Shown here piece after piece: positions 58,677 to 64,000 of a stretch of 64,000 nt of DNA. Within the stretch, counting starts at the first letter, position 1. Each line of letters opens with the position of its first letter. The stretch is from Marinobacter excellens HL-55 (GTDB taxonomy: Bacteria; Pseudomonadota; Gammaproteobacteria; Pseudomonadales; Oleiphilaceae), in the NCBI GenBank assembly GCA_001314845.1, contig LJZQ01000005.1:107755-171754 (forward strand), in the 5' to 3' direction. Under the pieces are notes generated by a model that was given only the letters and a program-made list of their open reading frames with translations, searched no databases and was not told where the DNA came from. Position numbers and translations under genes: made by a program.

Positions 58677-58919
58677 ATGGGTACCTTTCTTTTAGTCTTG
58701 CTGATTGTGGGTTTGCTCATCGCCGGCATGTCGGTTGGCGTGATTTTCGGGCGTAAGCCAATCAGTGGCACCTGTGGTGGTATTGGCGCACTGGGCATCA
58801 GTCAGTCCTGCGATATTTGTGGTGGCAGTCCTCAGAAGTGCGAAGACAGCCGCAACGACAGCGACGAGCCGACCAGCGCTGAAGACCTGACGTACGACGC
58901 CACCAAGGCCGATAAATAG
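58677..58919 (+). CDS. nqrM: Na+-NQR maturation factor NqrM
   Basis: TM helix then ISGTCGG and CDICGG...C. Confidence 0.9.
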   Translation: MGTFLLVLLIVGLLIAGMSVGVIFGRKPISGTCGGIGALGISQSCDICGGSPQKCEDSRNDSDEPTSAEDLTYDATKADK

Positions 58920-59022
58920 CGGGCGACGATCACCGTTTCGGCAGTGACAGAATCAGTTTTAGCAACGTAACCACTATAACGATAAATACATTTTGCAACG
59001 TAGATAAGGAGTTACTGCACGC

Positions 59023-60414
59023 ATGGCAGAGCATCATTACGACGTTGTCGTTATCGGATCCGGCCCTTCAGGTGAGGGCGCGGCCATGAATGCGGCGAAG
59101 CACAACAGGCGTGTTGCGATCATCGAAGACAAACCCATGGTGGGCGGCAACTGCACCCACTGGGGCACTATTCCTTCGAAGGCTTTGCGTCATTCGGTCA
59201 AGCAGATCATTACCTTCAACACCAATCAGATGTTCCGTGACATCGGCGAGCCGCGCTGGTTTTCGTTCCCGCGGGTGCTCCAGAATGCTCAGAAGGTGAT
59301 CGGCAAGCAGGTCAAATTGAGGACCGGATTTTACGCCAGAAACCGGGTAGATCTGATCACTGGCCGTGCGGCTTTTCTCGATAACAACCGCCTGGAAATC
59401 CGCGGCAACAAGTCAGTCGAAACGCTGCATTTCAAGCAGGCGATTATTGCCACTGGGTCTCGCCCTTATTTGCCACCCGATGTCGATTTCCGTCATCACC
59501 GCATCTATAACTCCGACTCTATTCTCAACCTGTCCCATACGCCGCGTACCCTGATTATCTATGGTGCCGGTGTTATCGGGTCGGAATATGCGTCCATTTT
59601 TGCCGGACTGGGTGTGAAGGTTGATTTGATCAACCCCGGTGATCGACTGCTGTCTTTCCTTGATGACGAAATATCCGATGCGCTGAGCTACCACTTGCGC
59701 AGCAACGGTGTTCTGGTTCGTCATAATGAGCAGTACGAGTCTGTTCGCGGTGATGACCACGGTGTGGTGGTGTCGCTGCAATCAGGTAAGAAGATCCGTG
59801 CGGATGCGTTCCTCTGGTGTAACGGCCGCAGTGGCAATACCGAAAGCTTGGGTCTTGAGAACATCGGGCTTGTGGCAAATGGTCGAGGCCAGCTGGCCGT
59901 TGACGATCATTACCGCACCGAGGTGGAAAATGTCTACGCAGTGGGTGATGTGATTGGCTGGCCAAGCCTGGCCAGTGCCGCCTATGACCAGGGCCGTTCG
60001 GCTTCGTCAGCGATCGCTGAGGATGAATACTTCCGCTTTGTATCGGATGTGCCAACCGGCATCTACACCATTCCTGAGATCAGTTCGGTCGGCAAAACCG
60101 AGCGTGAACTGACCGAAGCCAAGGTGCCTTATGACGTTGGCCAGGCTTTCTTCAAAGACCTGGCGCGTGCGCAGATCACCGGTGAAGCCGTGGGTATGCT
60201 GAAGTTGTTGTTCCATCGCGAAACCCGCGAAATCCTGGGCATTCACTGCTTTGGTGACCAGGCCGCCGAAATCGTTCACATCGGCCAGGCCATCATGAAC
60301 CAGGAAGGGGAGGCCAACTCCCTGAACTACTTCATTAATACCACCTTTAACTACCCGACGATGGCAGAAGCCTACCGGGTAGCTGCGCTGAACGGCCTGA
60401 ACCGGATTTTCTGA
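59023..60414 (+). CDS. sthA: Soluble pyridine nucleotide transhydrogenase
   Basis: [26 protein letters not shown]-terminal [22 protein letters not shown]. Confidence 0.97.
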   Translation: MAEHHYDVVVIGSGPSGEGAAMNAAKHNRRVAIIEDKPMVGGNCTHWGTIPSKALRHSVKQIITFNTNQMFRDIGEPRWFSFPRVLQNAQKVIGKQVKLRTGFYARNRVDLITGRAAFLDNNRLEIRGNKSVETLHFKQAIIATGSRPYLPPDVDFRHHRIYNSDSILNLSHTPRTLIIYGAGVIGSEYASIFAGLGVKVDLINPGDRLLSFLDDEISDALSYHLRSNGVLVRHNEQYESVRGDDHGVVVSLQSGKKIRADAFLWCNGRSGNTESLGLENIGLVANGRGQLAVDDHYRTEVENVYAVGDVIGWPSLASAAYDQGRSASSAIAEDEYFRFVSDVPTGIYTIPEISSVGKTERELTEAKVPYDVGQAFFKDLARAQITGEAVGMLKLLFHRETREILGIHCFGDQAAEIVHIGQAIMNQEGEANSLNYFINTTFNYPTMAEAYRVAALNGLNRIF

Positions 60415-60439
60415 TCAGGCCCGATCCTGGAGCCGGTAT

Positions 60440-61213
60440 TTATGCTAGCTCCGGGGCACTTTCCCGTAACGGCAGGTTCAACAGCGCCTTGGCACGGTTG
60501 TCAAAGTACATCCGGGTGCTGGTGGGGTAGTCTGTGATGATGCTGTCTACACCCATATTCTCCAGAACCAGCATGTCGTGAATGCGGTTTACCGTCCAGG
60601 CAGACACTTGCATGTTGCGCTTATGGGCCAGTTCTACCATCTGCTTGTTGAGAATCTTCCAGTTAGCACAGAAATACTCGCAACCCAGGCGTGTGGCCAG
60701 ATTCAGCGGGTTGGGAAACTTTCGCTCTGCAACCAGACCAATCCGGATTTTTTTATCCCGCCGGCGCATCTCCCGTAAAAACCAGGGCTCTGCCGAGGTA
60801 ATCGTGACGGTTTGGTACATATTGCGTCGCTGAATGATCTCGGCCAGGCGGTTGCAGAGAACGTTCAGGCGAACGTGGCTGTCTTTTTTGACTTCCAGTT
60901 GCAGGTGCTCGAGGTCTTCCAGGTGGTCCAGCAAGGCTTCCAGTGTTGGAATGCCGGTTTTGCGGGGCCAGGCGCTGGTGTTTCGGCGGGCATCCATCTC
61001 AACCAGTTCAGCCGCGGTGTATTGGCTCACATTGCCTTTCTGGCCAGTGGTTCGATCCACAGTCAGGTCATGGACAAGCACCGGAACGCCGTCCTTGGAC
61101 AGCACTAGATCCAGTTCAAAGTGCCGGATACCGTGCCGGTAGGCGAGGGTGAATCCGGGCAAGGTGTTTTCAGGGGCCTCACCTTTGGCCCCCCGGTGAC
61201 CATAAATGATCAT
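60440..61213 (-). CDS. Glycerophosphodiester phosphodiesterase-family protein
   Basis: GHRGAKGEAPENT, ELD, VHD, LEVK, WTVN, IITDYP. Confidence 0.92.
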   Translation of the reverse strand: MIIYGHRGAKGEAPENTLPGFTLAYRHGIRHFELDLVLSKDGVPVLVHDLTVDRTTGQKGNVSQYTAAELVEMDARRNTSAWPRKTGIPTLEALLDHLEDLEHLQLEVKKDSHVRLNVLCNRLAEIIQRRNMYQTVTITSAEPWFLREMRRRDKKIRIGLVAERKFPNPLNLATRLGCEYFCANWKILNKQMVELAHKRNMQVSAWTVNRIHDMLVLENMGVDSIITDYPTSTRMYFDNRAKALLNLPLRESAPELA

Positions 61214-62337
61214 TCTGTCGCATTATCCTCAAGGCGTTGGTAAATGGCCTGGCGTTTCTTCCAGGTATCGTGGCATAGGCGGATGTCTTCCAAGTAAGCG
61301 GGCAGCTCGCTCATCAGAAGGGCCTGAGGGCCGTCTACCAGGGCTTTTTCGGGTTTTGGGTGGAAGTCCACCAGCACCATGTTGGCGCCGGCAATGGCGC
61401 CCTGAGCCGTGGCGTGCATCACATCCAGGATGCCATCGGGCGAACGGTCCCGGCTACCGACCGAGTGGGACGGATCAACACACACCGGCATCCGGGTCAG
61501 GCGTTTTACCGCGGGCACGTGGGCAAAGTCCACCATATTGCGATGCGGCTGGCCGGCCTCGGTTTTCATGCCACGCAAACAGAAGATAACGTTGGCATTG
61601 CCTTCGCTGGCCAGATACTCGGCTGCGTTCAGAGACTCGTTCAAGGTAATACCGAAGCCCCGTTTCAGCAGCACCGGATAGGTGCTCTGGCGGCCAATGG
61701 CTTTCAGTAGTTCAAAGTTCTGGGTGTTGCGGGTACCCACCTGGAGCATCACGCCGGTAGGTCGGCCCAGTTTTTCGAGGCAGGTGTCGATCTCTTCGAT
61801 GTGGCTTTCATGGGTAATTTCCATGGCGACCACTTTGATGCCATGTTTGCCAGCTTTCTCGAAGACCCAGGGCAGGCAGCCCTTGCCGTGCCCCTGAAAT
61901 GAATAAGGATTGGTGCGCGGCTTGTAGGCACCCATGCGGGTACACACTTCGCCATTGTCTTGCAGGGCCTGCATCATCATCTCGACGTGCTCGGGAACAT
62001 CGACCGCGCACAGACCGGCGAAAATATTCAGGTTGTTCTGACTGAATTCGACACCGTTGTAGGTAAATCCGCTTTGGCGATTATCGTCTTTGTGGCGGCC
62101 CAGAATGCGGTAGTCGTCAGAAATACGGATAGCCCGTTCGACCGCTGGCAAGGCTTCGATTTCTTCTTTATCGAGCGTTTTGGTGTCGCCCAGCAAATAG
62201 ATTTCGGTTAGCCGCTGGCTTGCACCTTGTACTTCGTGAACACGCACACTGACGCCGGGCAGGTTTTCCAGAAAGTGCATGGTCTGGCGATAGGCTTCGC
62301 TGTCGAGCGTTGTATTAGGGTGAAGAATGGCTAACAT
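61210..62337 (-). CDS. Type I-beta DAHP synthase with N-terminal ferredoxin-like regulatory domain
   Basis: AGLCAV, GAYKPRTNPYSFQG, QVGTRNTQNF, LLKRG, DPSH, DFHP, DGPQ. Confidence 0.88.
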   Translation of the reverse strand: MLAILHPNTTLDSEAYRQTMHFLENLPGVSVRVHEVQGASQRLTEIYLLGDTKTLDKEEIEALPAVERAIRISDDYRILGRHKDDNRQSGFTYNGVEFSQNNLNIFAGLCAVDVPEHVEMMMQALQDNGEVCTRMGAYKPRTNPYSFQGHGKGCLPWVFEKAGKHGIKVVAMEITHESHIEEIDTCLEKLGRPTGVMLQVGTRNTQNFELLKAIGRQSTYPVLLKRGFGITLNESLNAAEYLASEGNANVIFCLRGMKTEAGQPHRNMVDFAHVPAVKRLTRMPVCVDPSHSVGSRDRSPDGILDVMHATAQGAIAGANMVLVDFHPKPEKALVDGPQALLMSELPAYLEDIRLCHDTWKKRQAIYQRLEDNATE

Positions 62338-62351
62338 GGTTGCTCCTTGAG

Positions 62352-62801
62352 TTAACGGACGGCGTCTTCCGCTTTGTGCCGCGCCTGCATGTACTCGCGG
62401 TGATGAAGATGCAGCAGATCTGCCATGCGGCGAATAAGGTGTTCTTCGTACTTGTCGATACGTCCGTCGGCCAGCGCAACCCGCCAGATACTCTCCAGCA
62501 GGGCCTGTTTCTGGTCCTGATCGAAGTGGTCGTTGATCTGCCCGGTAAATTCGTACATCGAGGTGGCATCTTCTGCATGCGCCAGGGCATCCGCGAGAAT
62601 CTCTTCGGCTTCCTCCCGGGTAACCTGATGGGCTTTAACCGCGCAGTCCACGATGATCTGCAGCTCCCGCTCGTCTTCATGGTTGTCAACTCGCGCCAGT
62701 TGCACCATCAAGGCCGTGGCGGCGACGGCCAACTGATGGGCATCGGCTTTAACCGGCTCGGCGGCCGGTACTGCAAAAAGCTTTTTCAGATGTTCGATCA
62801 T
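62352..62801 (-). CDS. TerB-family protein
   Basis: LMVQLARVD, LLESIWRVALADGRIDKYEEHLIRRMADLL. Confidence 0.85.
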   Translation of the reverse strand: MIEHLKKLFAVPAAEPVKADAHQLAVAATALMVQLARVDNHEDERELQIIVDCAVKAHQVTREEAEEILADALAHAEDATSMYEFTGQINDHFDQDQKQALLESIWRVALADGRIDKYEEHLIRRMADLLHLHHREYMQARHKAEDAVR

Positions 62802-62830
62802 AGTGTGACCACTGTCAGTTCAGGCATGCA

Positions 62831-63796
62831 TCAGGCGGCTGAGGCCAGTTGGCGAACCCGATGTTCCAGTTCAATCTGGTCGGCTGCGAAGCGACGAATG
62901 CCATCGGCCAGTTTTTCGGTCGCCATGGCGTCTTCGTTGGATTCCCAGCGGAACAGTTTTTCATCCACTACCCCAATAGTCTCGCTGCTTGAGGCATGGT
63001 TGGCATCCAGTCTGCGGACCAGATCGCCCTGATCATCTTTCAGTTCCTGCAGCAGGGCAGGGCTGATGGTCAGGCGGTCGCAACCGGCCAACATTTCAAT
63101 TTCACCGATATTGCGGAAGCTGGCGCCCATCACCACGGTGTTGAAGCCATTGGCCTTGTAATAATTATAGATCCGGCTGACCGATTGCACGCCCGGATCT
63201 TCCGCTGCCGGATAGCTGTCTCGCCCCGAACTGGCCAGGTGCCAGTCCAGAATACGGCCGACGAAAGGTGAAATCAGGTGAGCGCCAGCCTGGGCGCAGG
63301 CAACGGCCTGCACGAACGAGAACAGCAATGTGAGATTGCAGCGGATGCCTTCTTTTTCGAGCTGTGCAGCTGCCTGGATGCCCTCCCAGGTAGAGGCTAT
63401 TTTGATCAGTACCCGACCGGTATCCACACCCTGTTGGTCATAGAGCTCTACCAGCCGGCGAGCCTTCTCCAGAGTGGCAGCGGTGTCGAAGGACAGGCGA
63501 GCGTCTACTTCTGTGGACACCACACCGGGGATCAGATTCAGAATCTCCTTGCCGGCCAGCACCGCCAGCATGTCCGTTGCCATGGTCAGCTGGTCGGCGG
63601 CAGAGCCCCCGTGTTTGCTGGCATAGGTAACCGCTTTGTCGAGCATCGGGCGGTAGGCGTCTGAGGCAGCGGCTTTCAGCAATAAAGACGGGTTAGTCGT
63701 GGCATCTTCCGGCCGCCATTGGGCGATGGCGTCTATGTCGCCGGTGTCTGCGACCACGGTGGTCATGGCTTTGAGTTGGTCCAGCTTGCTTGTCAT
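62831..63796 (-). CDS. tal: Transaldolase
   Basis: [49 protein letters not shown]; start set at 63796. Confidence 0.98.
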   Translation of the reverse strand: MTSKLDQLKAMTTVVADTGDIDAIAQWRPEDATTNPSLLLKAAASDAYRPMLDKAVTYASKHGGSAADQLTMATDMLAVLAGKEILNLIPGVVSTEVDARLSFDTAATLEKARRLVELYDQQGVDTGRVLIKIASTWEGIQAAAQLEKEGIRCNLTLLFSFVQAVACAQAGAHLISPFVGRILDWHLASSGRDSYPAAEDPGVQSVSRIYNYYKANGFNTVVMGASFRNIGEIEMLAGCDRLTISPALLQELKDDQGDLVRRLDANHASSSETIGVVDEKLFRWESNEDAMATEKLADGIRRFAADQIELEHRVRQLASAA

Positions 63797-63915
63797 TCGT
63801 TCTGTCGTCCCGGTTGTCAGATGTTGGTGCGGCACCCAGCTCCCGAGCGCCTTGGTAACCTCTACAATAACGGCAGCTTACGACGGGAACAAGACGACCA
63901 AAGGTATGTAGGCGA

Positions 63916-63999
63916 TTAGTGCTCCAAAACAGGGTCTGGCTGTCGCACCTTGGCGAGCGCCTGCTCGATGACCTCAAGCCCGGAGCCCGGCTTGTTGGC
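63916..63999 (-). CDS. dusA: Probable tRNA-dihydrouridine synthase DusA, C-terminal fragment (gene extends beyond the window)
   Basis: Minus-strand frame reads ANKPGSGLEVIEQALAKVRQPDPVLEH*, resembling the DusA end; dusA precedes tal in related bacteria. Confidence 0.55.
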   Translation of the reverse strand, partial: ANKPGSGLEVIEQALAKVRQPDPVLEH

Positions 64000-64000
64000 G

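Noticed and set aside
58908-58915. GCCGATAA (perfect sigma28 -10) at the end of nqrM
   Set aside because: No TAAAG/TCAAG-like -35 at the required spacing; lies in coding sequence
63850-63880. HexR-like site upstream of tal (minus-strand TTGTAGAGGTTACCAA)
   Set aside because: Half-site spacing does not fit the HexR consensus as I recall it; too weak to call

Overview
A GC-rich gammaproteobacterial chromosome segment. Gene order and the Na+-NQR operon suggest a Marinobacter-like marine bacterium (inference). Most of it is conserved core genome: the end of the polar-flagellum/chemotaxis cluster (flhA-flhF-fleN-fliA-cheYZAB-motCD-parA-cheW-like-cheW-DUF2802), a stand-alone FlhB-C/FliK-like pair, ccmABCDEFGHI, a MoxR/DUF58/VWA/BatD (Bat) operon, the large NAD-glutamate dehydrogenase with a beta-carbonic anhydrase, rsmC/rlmG, riboflavin synthase, psrA-LDT-mscS-MTIP, csiV-mfd, gap, nqrABCDEF-apbE-nqrM, sthA, and a dusA-tal-terB-DAHP synthase-GDPD run. 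I found no tRNA, rRNA, CRISPR array, IS element or integrase. The standout is a translationally coupled two-gene cassette (12433-15809) at the end of the chemotaxis operon. It encodes a PilB/GspE-type motor ATPase with an N-terminal protein-L-isoaspartate O-methyltransferase (PCMT)-like domain and a degenerate MshEN module, followed by an orphan YehL/MoxR-type AAA+ ATPase, with no pilus/secretion or VWA partner genes nearby. Other notable signals: an unannotated, structured ~105-nt sRNA candidate antisense between rsmC and rlmG; a strong sigma28 promoter in front of an unknown membrane protein far from the flagellar genes; an FNR/ANR class II-type promoter for ccm; and a type I-beta DAHP synthase in an apparent operon with transaldolase. 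All family calls come from motif recognition by eye; no database searches were run. Several start codons were moved from the ORF track to more plausible positions.
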